DNA from: Marsupella aquatica
Lineage: Eukaryota > Plantae > Marchantiophyta
Direction of reading: 5' to 3'
DNA: 64,000 bases
Assembly (NCBI GenBank): GCA_973895155.1
Contig: OZ316891.1
Span: forward strand, 25,233,899-25,297,898
Within the stretch, counting starts at the first letter, position 1. Every line of letters begins with the position of its first letter. Of this stretch, positions 11,847 through 22,051 are shown in pieces. The translations under genes and the position numbers were made by a program. A model generated the notes under the pieces. That model did not search any database, was not told the DNA's origin, and was given only the letters and a program-made list of their open reading frames with translations.

Positions 11847-14297
11847 TTAGCCGTTTCCAACTGGCTTACCTCTTGTGCTTCCTCCAGAATTGAAGCTAAA
11901 AAGGTGGACTCTATGGCAAAGCAGTCCTCAGCTTCATCGTCACAATCCTCCAAGTCACCTTCCATAGGTTCTTGCCATAGTCCACTGGGGGATACTTCTG
12001 GTCCAAAGACACTTTCTTCGGTTTGGTTAGCGAGGCATTCTAGCCATCGTACCTCATCGGCTGATTCTAGTCCACTGTCATACCCGTCTACCTCCCTGAT
12101 GCTTCTTCGGCGGTCATCCTTGGTATCCCAGGATACCGTGATAGAAGGGGTCCCAAAAGTGAACTCCTTCTTACCCCAATCCTCTATTACCTTGGCTAGG
12201 TATAGCCATGGCCTACCAATCAACAGCCGGAATGACGTAGGATTTACCAGCTTCATTACTACATAGTTAATGCTAAAAACGATACCTCCTATCTCTGTCT
12301 TGATGCCAGTTAATACTCCCGTGGGAATGACCTGATACCCATTGGCCATGTTCAACACTCTTCCAGTCATCTCTGGTGTTAGACCCCACCCTTTTGCTGT
12401 TGAATCAATCATAATACATACCCCTGATCCTCCATCGATGGGTACCCAAAGTAATAATTCTCCTTGAATCATTAATGGTAATGCTGGGGCTCCTTGATCT
12501 TCTTCTATCATCAGCACATCGGATCTGGTTGCTACCTTGGGTAATCTCGGTTTGCCGAGAATTGCCTTTCTTAATTGCTTCCGGAAGTACGGGCTATTTT
12601 TCAATAGTTGACCAACTGTTGCCGAGACTCTAGATTCTAGCACATCTTTAGCCAGGTCATAGGGAACTATCGGCTTCTCTTCTGGCAGTGTCTTTATCTC
12701 GGCTTCAGCCTGTTTCTTCACGCTGATTTCCACAGCCGTTGGATCCTCCGAAGCAAACAGTGCTTTTGCTCATTCCACATCCTTGGCTATGGCTTCAGTG
12801 TTCTCCAGGGTTTCTAATTCTCGCAGCTGTTCCTTAACACTAGCCATGATAGATGGGTAGAACAACTTTGGGTGATCTCGATTGAAATCGCTGTCTTGTG
12901 AAGGATTGGGGTCACTATTGAGCTCATGGCTTACCTATGTTGCCGGCGCCTTTCCTTCTCCTTCCGTTGATGTTGACGAAGAGTCAATCTTCTCTTCCTT
13001 ATCCTTCCCTTTATTTTTGGCCAGCCCATCCCATCTTTCCTTCCTTCTGGTGGATCGAGTAGAGACCCGGTAGCAATCATGATCCATATCCTCTTCTGAA
13101 AATGTTGATAGGGCCTCGGTCTCATCATCAGAGGGTCCAAACTCTGCCTCGGCATCCACTTGCCATCCGAGCTCGATGTGGTTGATTTGAACTCCTTCGG
13201 GGGTAGTACCTGGCGGCAAGACCTTGACCGGCAAGAGCTTATGATTTGCGGCCAATCCTGCCAACCAAGTAGGACATTGTCCTAGCATGTGACCCTCCTG
13301 TCGGCATCCCATACATAGCTGAGCTGGCTGTCCATCACCTTGTTTGCGTGCATTCAGGCATTCTCTAGCAAAATGGCCAGGTTGACCACAGTTATAGCAT
13401 GCCGCAAATCTTTGCACATTCGGCCTAGGAGGTACTGACGGGTTCTGAATAATCCGAGGATACATCTCTCCTGGATTGTTCCTTAATCCAGACCAGAGAG
13501 ATGCAGGTCGGTTGGATAGGTCTCGTGCTCCAGTCTCACTGATGCCGAAAACACTATCAGCGGCATCTCCTAGAAAGTATTCTACTTCTCCCTGACATGG
13601 TCTGACTTCAGCCACATGCCGATCATGACTAGTATTGAGCTTAGGACATGCATCTTTATGGTGTCCGGTTTTATAACATAAGGCACACCATACAGAGCTA
13701 TCCTCCTGCACTACTTTCTTCTTCGGCTTCGCCTCTGCTATTATAGCTTTAAGCTGCTCGGTAAGGGCTACGATGTTATCTGGTGGTTTAGCCTCCAGAT
13801 TGACTTTCGTCTTCCCTCTTCTTCTGCCCTTCCTTTTCCTAGTTTTTTCTTCTTCAGAACTAAAAGATGACTCACTCTTGCTACCTCCACTATCCGAGCT
13901 TGAGTTATCACTTCTTGACTTCTTAGAGTGTTTCTTTTTCTTATCCTTTTTCTTATGGGGTGATCCTTCCTCCGATGAGGAACTCTCAGACTTAAGCTGT
14001 TTCTTCCGGCTTGTGATATCTGCATTAATGTATAATTGAATATCTTTAATTGCCTCGGCTAAAGTCTCTGGGTTCTCCTTCCTTATTGCAAAACTCATCT
14101 TCTGTGGCAAAGCATTCACTTACCATTGAAGTTGCATACCTTCAGAGGCATTGGTCTTTGTACGTCTTACCAACTTTTGAAAGCGTTGGAAGAACTTCCT
14201 GAAGGATCTGTTCTCCTTGAACCGAAGTTGTCCCAACTTCAGCACTGCTAACTCTGAAGTTCCAATGGGTCAAAAATCCTTAACAAATAGTGTTTTG

Positions 14298-14495
14298 TGT
14301 TGTAATAGACAACTAAAGGAAACACTCAAAGATACTCCAACAAGATAGATCCATTACTATTGATGAGGGGATATATATATCCCCTTGGTTACATGGTAGG
14401 CAAATGCCCTTATACTGGTCCTATGGTTAGGAGTTCTCATACTATGGTTAAGGGTTCTCGCCCTATGGTTAAGGGGTAAACTAGGGTTTACAACA
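14298..14495 (-). repeat. Copia 3' LTR (198 bp)
   Basis: Direct repeat of 19975-20172; preceded on the minus strand by the PPT AAGGGGGAG (14496-14504). Confidence 0.95.
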
Positions 14496-14999
14496 CTCCC
14501 CCTTGGTTAGTTTATGGAGGAGCATAAAGTAACCACATCTCTTGAACCTAGGGTATAATCCGGTTTAGGGGTCCACCTGTGTGATGTAGCCTCATTAAAA
14601 CCTCGCCGCTTTCTTCTCGAGGAAAGAGTGCTACCATCACTTATATAGGTGGTTTCCCATATCTAATGTCCTGGTTAAGCCTTTTTGCCATGTCTTAGTT
14701 AGTGTTGATCGTATGTGCTAAGTGGGGTTATGTGAATGTTCCTAATGGGTGTCTAGTCTCCCCCTCAGCTCGTTGCCTGGTGTGCGTCTCGTGTTGTTCT
14801 TCATGTCGTTTTGCGTATTGCGCTTCGCTTCGTGTTGTGCTTTGGGTTAGTGAGGCCAAGTCGGGCGTTTTTGCGTTGGTTTGCGTTGTTTCACGTCGGG
14901 GATGTGGTGTGGCGCTCGCCGAGTGTGGTGGTCGGGCATCTGGAGGCGGCTTCATCGGGCGACAGTTTCATCGTTGGGTAATCCTTTCGAGCTTCAGTG

Positions 15000-17900
15000 T
15001 TATGAGGTGGGCTTGATCGTGGACAATCTGCTCATGCCTATACCTTCGAGGTGCGCTCTGTGCAATCCGGCTGGTAGTGGTTTCGTAAACATGTCTGCTC
15101 GATTGTCCTGAGATTTGATCCATGCAACATTGATACTTTTCCCTTGTTGTTCTTGCGTGAAGAAATACTTGGGGTCAATATGCTTGGTCCTCTCGGTCTT
15201 CAGGATTCCGTTGGTTATCTGGTCGATACACGCCTTATTGTCTTCGTAGATTGTGGTTGGCTCTGTTATCTGTGGTTTACCGGTGCTGGACCTAATATGA
15301 TTGATAATGCTTCGTAGCCATACAGCTTCTCTGCACGCCTCGTATAACGCTATGATTTCCGAGTGGTTGGATGACGTTGTGGTCATCGTTTGCTTTGAAC
15401 TTCGCCAAGATATTGCTGTCGTCCCCTGTAAGAACACGTACCCAGTCTGTGATTTGGAGTCCTGGGGGTCCGACAGGTAGCCGGCATCAGTGTAACCGGT
15501 AAGCGTATCGGGGCTATTCTTAGGAAAGAATAGTCCAAGGTCGATCGTCCCTTGTAGGTATCTCATGATCCTCTTGATGCCGTTCCAATGCCTGATGGTG
15601 GGCTGTGCGCTGTGTCTCGCTAAGAGACTGACGGCGAACGATATGTCAGGTCTCGTCTGGTTCGCTAGATACATAAGGGCGCCCACCGCTGATAGGTACG
15701 GTTTTTCTGATCCCAGTATGGGTTCGTCTTCTTGGCGCTTCCGAAACATATCTTTGATCGGGTCTAGAGATCTGAGTTCCATCGGGGTGGAGACAGGGTA
15801 GGATTTCTGCATGTTGAATTGATGAAGTATCTTCTGCGTGTATGTCGATTGGTAAAGGAATATGCCTGTTTCTAAGTGTTCGATCTGCAGGCCTAGGCAG
15901 TGGTTGGGTCTTCCAAGGTCCTTCATCTCGAAGACTCCTTTCAGTGTATGTATTGTGTCTTTCATCATCTGTTTAGTCCCGAATAAGTTCACATCGTCCA
16001 CGTACAGTGCTAGTATCAGGACTTCGTCCATATGCTTTTTGATGAAGATGCAGGGTGCCAGTCCGCTATTTGTAAATCCGAGGGCGAGCATCTCTGTCTG
16101 GAATTTCTGATACCAGATTCTGCCGCTCTGTTTAAGTCCGTTGATGGAACGTAACACTTGGACTGTAAGTTTTGTTGTTAATTTCTTTCCTCTGGTATGC
16201 ATTGCCTGTGTATTTCCACTTTGCATCAAGAGGGCCTTTGTATCCCCATCAGGTATTATTTGGCTGATGCCCTTTTTAATCTCTGTATTCAGGTTCTGGG
16301 ACGTCTCCCCCTGAATGTGCTGCTTGACCCTCTCTATCAGTTCCGGGGGGGCAGTCATGTATATCTCAGTATCGAGTGTGCCGTAAAGGTACGCGGTTAC
16401 CACGTCCATAAGGTTATTAACCAGTTTATGGTGGACTGAATGTGCTGTGAGATAGCGATATGTAGTAGCGTCCATTACTGGTGAGTATGTTAAATCGTAG
16501 TCCCTGCCCGGGATTTGTGTGTAGCCTTTGGCTACTAGCCGGGCTCGATATCTTACTACTATGCCTTTCTCATTTCGTTTTTTCAAGAATGTAAATCGAG
16601 AGTCGGTGTAATGTGTACCTGGTAATGCCATTTTAAATGGTCCGAATACTTGTCGCTTGATGAGGGCGTCCATCTCGGTATGTATTGCTGCTTGCCACTT
16701 TGGCCAATCTGGTTGTTTCTTTGCCTCGTTTATAGTGAGCGGATCAGGAATATCGTTGGTGATTTCCTGTATTACGTTATAGGCAAATTGTTCATCAATT
16801 TGGGTTGTCGGTCGTTTATATATGTTACCTGTTTGCATGTATGTGATTGACATTTCCTCGTTTTCTTCGCTCAGTGGGTCGTTTTGATTTATCGCTGTCA
16901 CGTTAAGTGTGATCGCTGGTTCCAGCGCGGGTGTACCCAAGTTTGCTGCTGGAGTTTTACGTTGGCGAGGCTGGGAGTCCTTGATCCCTGGTGGTCTGCC
17001 TCGCTTTGCTCTGGGGGCTGTTACATTGGCCGGTGTCGAGGAGGTTTGTACTCGCGATGGCGCATTAGCTGCTAAGTTGTGGGATCTTGTGACATTTGCA
17101 GCGTCATTAAATGAGTCTGGAATCTTTTCGAGCATTTCATGTAGGTGGAGAAGTCTTCTGACTTCTTCGTCTGCCTGCTTGGTTCTGGGGTCATTTCTGT
17201 TTTGGTCTGCTTTCCAATTTATGGGCATTTTCGTTGTGTCCTTGGATTGTGTTGATGCTGTATTCGTGAGCTGTGGGAATTGATCTTCATAAAAATGGCA
17301 GTCCTGATGTCTTGCCTTGAACAGGTCTGCCGTAGTCGGTTCAAGGTATCTAATGATCAAAGTAGAGTCAAACCCAACATAGATACCTGCATTCCGTTGG
17401 GGTCCGAGTTTTGTTCTCTTTGGTCCTAAGATAGGCACCATTACCTGGCATCCGAAAACGCGTAGGTGGGACAGGTCCGGTGGTATGCCGAACGCCAGGT
17501 GGTATGGTGTCTTAGAGTTATATGCTGACGGTCTATATTGGATTAGTGCAGCTGCGTGAAGGATGGCATGTCCCCATGCTGATGTGGGTAAGTTTGACTT
17601 CATTAACAGTGGTCTTGCCACCATTTGAAGTCTCTTAATAACCGACTCAGCTATACCGTTCTGAAAATGAACGTGGGGAACTGGATATTGAGTATCGATG
17701 CCCGCTGCCCAGCAAAAGTCGTCGAATGTTCTTGATGTGAACTCGCCAGCTCCATCTACTCTTAATCTTCTTGTAGGATACTCTGGGAACTGTGCTCTTA
17801 ATTTAAGAATATGTGCTAAGATCCGCGCAAATGCCAAGTTGCGGGTAGATAGCAATGAAATCTGCAGCCATTTAGTTGATGAGTCGATGATTACCAGGAA

Positions 17901-19727
17901 ATATTTGAAAGGGCCGCTCGGGGGGTCTATAGGTCCGCAGATATCTGCATTGATCTGCTCTAGGAACTGTGGTATTGAAAATATTGTTTTTGGTATTGAT
18001 GGTCGTATGGTCATTTTTCCTTGTGAGCACGCTATGCAGGCTGTTTTTACCTTTGGCTTGACTGTCTTGGGGATTCCTTTGGAGTCCCTTATAATCCTGT
18101 TGTACATAGTGGTACCCGGGTGGCCCAGTCGACAGTGCCAGATGTATGTCATATCCTCTGATTCTTGGTGTATATGGAATGTTTGGATACTGGTTGCGTA
18201 TAGGCCTGGGGGGATCAATGCAAATGTTTCTTTAATGGATGGCTTACCCTGTATGTCTTGTATGATCTGTAATGTCTCTGTTTTGCCCTGAGTATTCGTG
18301 CGCAGTTGGAGGTTATTGGATCTGATATCCTGGAAGCTGATGAGGTTTCGGGTTGCTTTCGGGGCATAAATTGCTGACTTCACGGTGATTTTAGTTCCTC
18401 CTGGTAGTATAAATGTGGCTCGTCCTTTGCCTTCTTCTATATGATTAAGTCCTGCTATGGTGGTGATAGCGCGGGATGATGGGGTGATGGCCTCGAAATA
18501 CTTGTTGTGTTTTAAGATAGTATGTGAGGTTCCGCTGTCGATGATGCCCGTATCGGGGTCGTCTAATGTCGGGTATTTCCAGTCAGTAAGAGAGGTATGT
18601 ACTTCTATCTGTTCTTGTGTTTCTTCTCTCTGAGAGGCAATCAATTCTTCTTCTATCTCCATATAATGTCCTTGGGGGTTTTGTCTGGACTTATTTCTGT
18701 CGTTTATGTATCTGTGGGCCTCTTGTTCTGTGGCTGCACATGCGTTTCTAATGTGGCCAATTTTGCCACATCGGTAACACATTTTCTGGGAATTGTTTGC
18801 AGTGTCGTATTGGTTGCTTCGTCCTCTTCCTCTATTATTCATGGTGCCTCTGTGCCACGTGTTATTGGATCCGGAGGGTCGGTTATAAGGTTTGCCTTGT
18901 CCTCTGAATTGATTTCTCCCGCCCCTGAATTGGTTTCTTCCGCCTCTGAATTGAGTTCGTCCGCCCCGGTAATTTCCTCGTTGTTTGTCTTCATAATTGG
19001 TGTAGTGGGTTTCAGGTCGATGTGGTGGGGGGTCTGATCCTGCTGGGCGCTTTCTGGCGTTTTGCAAGGCCACGATCTGTTGCTTCTCTTCCACAAGTAA
19101 GTGAGCAATCAGATCTGAGTACTTAGTGAAACGCATGTTCCTATATTGTGTACCTAATGTGATATTAGATTCAGGGAATGTCGATAGTGTCTTATCGATT
19201 CTATCTATGTCATTTATTGGATGTCCACACATTTCTAATTGAGATGTAATTCTGCACAGTGCGCTATTGTAATTGGCAATTGTGGTGTGGTCCATGACGC
19301 GCAGGTTATGCCAATCCCTTCTTGCCTCTGGGAGCCATATCTCCCTCATATGATCAAATCGGGCTTTGAGGAGATCCCATAGTTTTCTTGGATTAATTTC
19401 GTTCATATACTCATTCTTTAGTTGAGGGGTTAGATGTTGCCTGAGTAGAAACGCTGCCTTAGCCTTTTGTTTGAGCGTGACATCGATGTCGGTATCTAAG
19501 GTGTCTTCAAGGTCTTGTGATGTAAAGTAAGTTTCGACATCTGTGATCCACGTCAAATAGTTGGATCCGTCGACTTTAAGTGCTGGCCATAATAATTTTT
19601 CGACTGTATTCATTATTCGGGATGTCAGTTGATTTAAGAACTTTGGTGAAGATTGAATCGAGTGAAGTATCTCGATTGTACAATTGACCGGTTGGAAGCT
19701 TGTATATGGAGCTGAGGGAGCTTTCAA
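15000..19727 (-). CDS. Copia Gag-Pol polyprotein (gag, CCHC, PR, IN, RT, RH); true start probably MNTVEK near 19613
   Basis: CYRCGKIGHIRNAC; IIDSGT; WHCRLGHPG...CIAC; ADICGPI...LLSTRNLAFARILA (Bianca-like); GLKQSGR; LYVDD; GYTDAGY; no stops. Confidence 0.95.
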   Translation of the reverse strand: MKAPSAPYTSFQPVNCTIEILHSIQSSPKFLNQLTSRIMNTVEKLLWPALKVDGSNYLTWITDVETYFTSQDLEDTLDTDIDVTLKQKAKAAFLLRQHLTPQLKNEYMNEINPRKLWDLLKARFDHMREIWLPEARRDWHNLRVMDHTTIANYNSALCRITSQLEMCGHPINDIDRIDKTLSTFPESNITLGTQYRNMRFTKYSDLIAHLLVEEKQQIVALQNARKRPAGSDPPPHRPETHYTNYEDKQRGNYRGGRTQFRGGRNQFRGGRNQFRGQGKPYNRPSGSNNTWHRGTMNNRGRGRSNQYDTANNSQKMCYRCGKIGHIRNACAATEQEAHRYINDRNKSRQNPQGHYMEIEEELIASQREETQEQIEVHTSLTDWKYPTLDDPDTGIIDSGTSHTILKHNKYFEAITPSSRAITTIAGLNHIEEGKGRATFILPGGTKITVKSAIYAPKATRNLISFQDIRSNNLQLRTNTQGKTETLQIIQDIQGKPSIKETFALIPPGLYATSIQTFHIHQESEDMTYIWHCRLGHPGTTMYNRIIRDSKGIPKTVKPKVKTACIACSQGKMTIRPSIPKTIFSIPQFLEQINADICGPIDPPSGPFKYFLVIIDSSTKWLQISLLSTRNLAFARILAHILKLRAQFPEYPTRRLRVDGAGEFTSRTFDDFCWAAGIDTQYPVPHVHFQNGIAESVIKRLQMVARPLLMKSNLPTSAWGHAILHAAALIQYRPSAYNSKTPYHLAFGIPPDLSHLRVFGCQVMVPILGPKRTKLGPQRNAGIYVGFDSTLIIRYLEPTTADLFKARHQDCHFYEDQFPQLTNTASTQSKDTTKMPINWKADQNRNDPRTKQADEEVRRLLHLHEMLEKIPDSFNDAANVTRSHNLAANAPSRVQTSSTPANVTAPRAKRGRPPGIKDSQPRQRKTPAANLGTPALEPAITLNVTAINQNDPLSEENEEMSITYMQTGNIYKRPTTQIDEQFAYNVIQEITNDIPDPLTINEAKKQPDWPKWQAAIHTEMDALIKRQVFGPFKMALPGTHYTDSRFTFLKKRNEKGIVVRYRARLVAKGYTQIPGRDYDLTYSPVMDATTYRYLTAHSVHHKLVNNLMDVVTAYLYGTLDTEIYMTAPPELIERVKQHIQGETSQNLNTEIKKGISQIIPDGDTKALLMQSGNTQAMHTRGKKLTTKLTVQVLRSINGLKQSGRIWYQKFQTEMLALGFTNSGLAPCIFIKKHMDEVLILALYVDDVNLFGTKQMMKDTIHTLKGVFEMKDLGRPNHCLGLQIEHLETGIFLYQSTYTQKILHQFNMQKSYPVSTPMELRSLDPIKDMFRKRQEDEPILGSEKPYLSAVGALMYLANQTRPDISFAVSLLARHSAQPTIRHWNGIKRIMRYLQGTIDLGLFFPKNSPDTLTGYTDAGYLSDPQDSKSQTGYVFLQGTTAISWRSSKQTMTTTSSNHSEIIALYEACREAVWLRSIINHIRSSTGKPQITEPTTIYEDNKACIDQITNGILKTERTKHIDPKYFFTQEQQGKSINVAWIKSQDNRADMFTKPLPAGLHRAHLEGIGMSRLSTIKPTS

Positions 19728-19961
19728 TCATGCCAATAAAGTATTAGTCCTTTGGACTCTCGATATGCTGGTCCCGAATTGATGCTCTATGTGAAAAATT
19801 TCGTGTTTTGTAAAAAAAATTCAACTCTGAGGCAAAAGAATGGAGACCAAGAAAAAAAAACGGTTATGGCAGTTTCTAAAAAAAATGCCACTTTACGAGC
19901 ATTCTCCTCGTGTAAAACTCGATTGCATCTGCTTGAAAAAAAATGATTTTAGAGACTGGCT

Positions 19962-19974
19962 CGTGCTGATAACG
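19962..19974 (-). other. Copia primer-binding site, half-tRNA type (probably tRNA-Ile anticodon arm)
   Basis: CGTTATCAGCACG immediately after the 5' LTR, with no TGG start. Confidence 0.65.
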
Positions 19975-20172
19975 TGTTGTAATAGACAACTAAAGGAAAC
20001 ACTCAAAGATACTCCAACAAGATAGATCCATTACTATTGATGAGGGGATATATATATCCCTTTGGTTACATGGTAGGCAAATGCCCTTATACTGGTCCTA
20101 TGGTTAGGAGTTCTCATACTATGGTTAAGGGTTCTCGCCCTATGGTTAAGGGGTAAACTAGGGTTTACAACA
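19975..20172 (-). repeat. Copia 5' LTR (198 bp)
   Basis: Direct repeat of 14298-14495; TATA-like core inside a GGGATATATATATCCC palindrome. Confidence 0.95.
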
Positions 20173-20667
20173 TTTTGAAGATATCCCAGATGGCTTGATC
20201 TTCCACATTCAATGCTCTGTACCAAGGCCTAGCCTCACCCTTGAACAGGCCGGGAAGAATCTGCATCTTGATGGCCGATTCTCCATTTGCTGCAGCGGTT
20301 CCTTCGAAATCATCCAACCATTCATCCGGATCCTCATCTCCTCTCCCATGAAACGCCTTGTAATGAATGCGCGACCGTTGGCTCAGTCTGGTCCCTGGCC
20401 TATTGTCTGGCCGTGCCTCAGGTTCCCCCATGTCGGTTGGGTACTCGTTTCTTCCTACCGACTCTTCTTCTGGTATCTCTTCTTCGACGCCACTCCCAGC
20501 TTTGGAGCTACCAGCTCTTTCTGCCCCTCTCAGTCGCTGTGTATCATGCCACCCGGCGAGCTGCTGCAAACGAGCTCTCTCCTGTTGAATTGCTCTTTCC
20601 TCCCTTGGCGTAGGTTCAGTCATTACCTACGCTTCTTTCCTAACTTCATATCTCACGGCTTAAGAAA

Positions 20668-20688
20668 TGCCCCCTCCATCTAGCGCCA
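20668..20688 (-). other. Primer-binding site of copy B
   Basis: TGGCGCTAGATGGAGGGGGCA, 4 nt (TTTT) after the LTR end CACCACA. Confidence 0.85.
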
Positions 20689-20692
20689 AAAA

Positions 20693-21964
20693 TGTGGTGC
20701 ACCCCATGGCTCCCTAAACCCAAGAAACCCCCCAACACAAGCCGATTCCCGCAGGTTTCGCGCTTGGCGAGGCCGTTTTCGCGGCTTAGCGGCATGGGAC
20801 GCTGCTAACCTCTTCCTCTACTACTATTAACATTTTACACACATATACTGGACAGATCCTTCATCGGGTCATGAGATACGTAGCCGGCCTAATCTAGGCC
20901 TTCCCTTGTCTTCCCCTCCTTCTAGTTAGGTATGTTTGGATTCCGCTGCCGGAATGATCCCCAATAGGCTTGGTTAAGCCGCTAAGACCTCTCTCAGCTC
21001 GACACATCCAAATCTCACTCCCTTGCTTACTTTCCTTTGATGTGGGCATTCTTCACACAAGTTAATGCGACACACAAATAGCAAAATGACTCCTTCTGAC
21101 TGAGTCATACCATGCACTTGCCATACAAACAGTACATCTCATACACAAGCTCTGCGAACTAAGCCGTGAGGCCAACTCTATTCAGCTCTTAGGCATGAAG
21201 AAACATGAATATATACAAGGGTCACTGTATGACTAACCGAGAGCTTCTCTTACTACTTGATCCCAGCCCGGCTGGTGCAACTAAAAACTTGCTAAAGAAG
21301 AGGCCCTGAGCTCCCCGCAGCCCAGGTATTTATCCCGGTAGTGGATCCACCTAATTCTTTGCAGCGTAAGCCTAATCTACCTAACTGAATCTACCTATGT
21401 ACAGCGAGGCAGAAGTACAAGTGTTGCTCTTACCAGTGGAACCGCAATCCCACAAAGCTAAGTGTCAGGGCCGCCTCCTGGTCCTGATCCTAATCCTAAT
21501 CCTAAACTTAGAGATCTGAGCCCGCCCTGCCCACTCACGCCTCCTCCCTCCACGTCCGCCCTCCTTGAAAGGAGCGGCCCTCCACCACCGTCATGGCAAC
21601 GGTGTCTGTTCCTCAGTGGACGCCCCCAACGTTTCCTCCTCAGCCACTGCCGTTGGCCCGTCTACTGACAGATTACCTGCCCTTGACCGAGTCAACTCTT
21701 CATTGGCCTGACTGGGTCCACCCCCGGCTTTGGCCTCGACATTGGTTTCGGCATCAGCTACGGCTTTGGCCTTTGCCAAGCTTCGGCCTTTGCCAAGGCC
21801 TCAACATCCCCTTCTTCTAGGGTAGTTGGATCCTCTGCCGTGACCCTGCCTGGGGTCGGTGCTGGGTTTACCTCCTCGGTCACCTCGGTCTGTGGAGCCG
21901 CATTACTCCTTGACCCAGAAGTTTTCCGCTTCTTCTTCTTCTCTGGTTCGGCAGCTGGTCCCTT
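20693..21964 (-). repeat. Distal 1.27 kb of the 5' LTR of copy B
   Basis: TGTGGTGC terminus at 20693; homologous to about 30511-31833. Confidence 0.88.
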
Positions 21965-22018
21965 GACCAAGGAGGTAGACCCAGCACCGACCCCAGGCAG
22001 GGTCACGGCAGAGGATTT

Positions 22019-22051
22019 TAAACCCTAAACCCTAAACCCTAAACCCTAAAC
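22019..22051 (-). repeat. Interstitial plant-type telomeric repeat (TTTAGGG) x ~4.6 at an LTR-LTR junction
   Basis: TAAACCC x4 plus TAAAC on the + strand; absent from all other LTR copies. Confidence 0.92.

Larger units (their letters stand above)
14298..20172 (-). mobile_element. Intact, young Ty1/copia retrotransposon, Bianca-like lineage
   Basis: 198-bp TGTTGT...ACAACA LTRs with one mismatch seen; 5-bp TSD TTTTG (14293-14297 and 20173-20177); single gag-pol ORF. Confidence 0.96.
11753..20623 (-). pseudogene. gag: gag-protease of copy B, split by the copia insertion at 14298-20172
   Basis: Pieces 20165-20623, 12935-14119 and 11753-12733 match copy C gag-pro; three CCHC knuckles; protease PIDGGS. 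Confidence 0.9.
7951..21964 (-). mobile_element. Ty3/gypsy copy B (family 1, diverged subfamily), decayed and interrupted by a copia element
   Basis: Partial 3' LTR 7951-8587, PPT 8588-8601, pol 8576-11846, gag-protease 11753-20623, PBS 20668-20688, partial 5' LTR 20693-21964. Confidence 0.92.
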
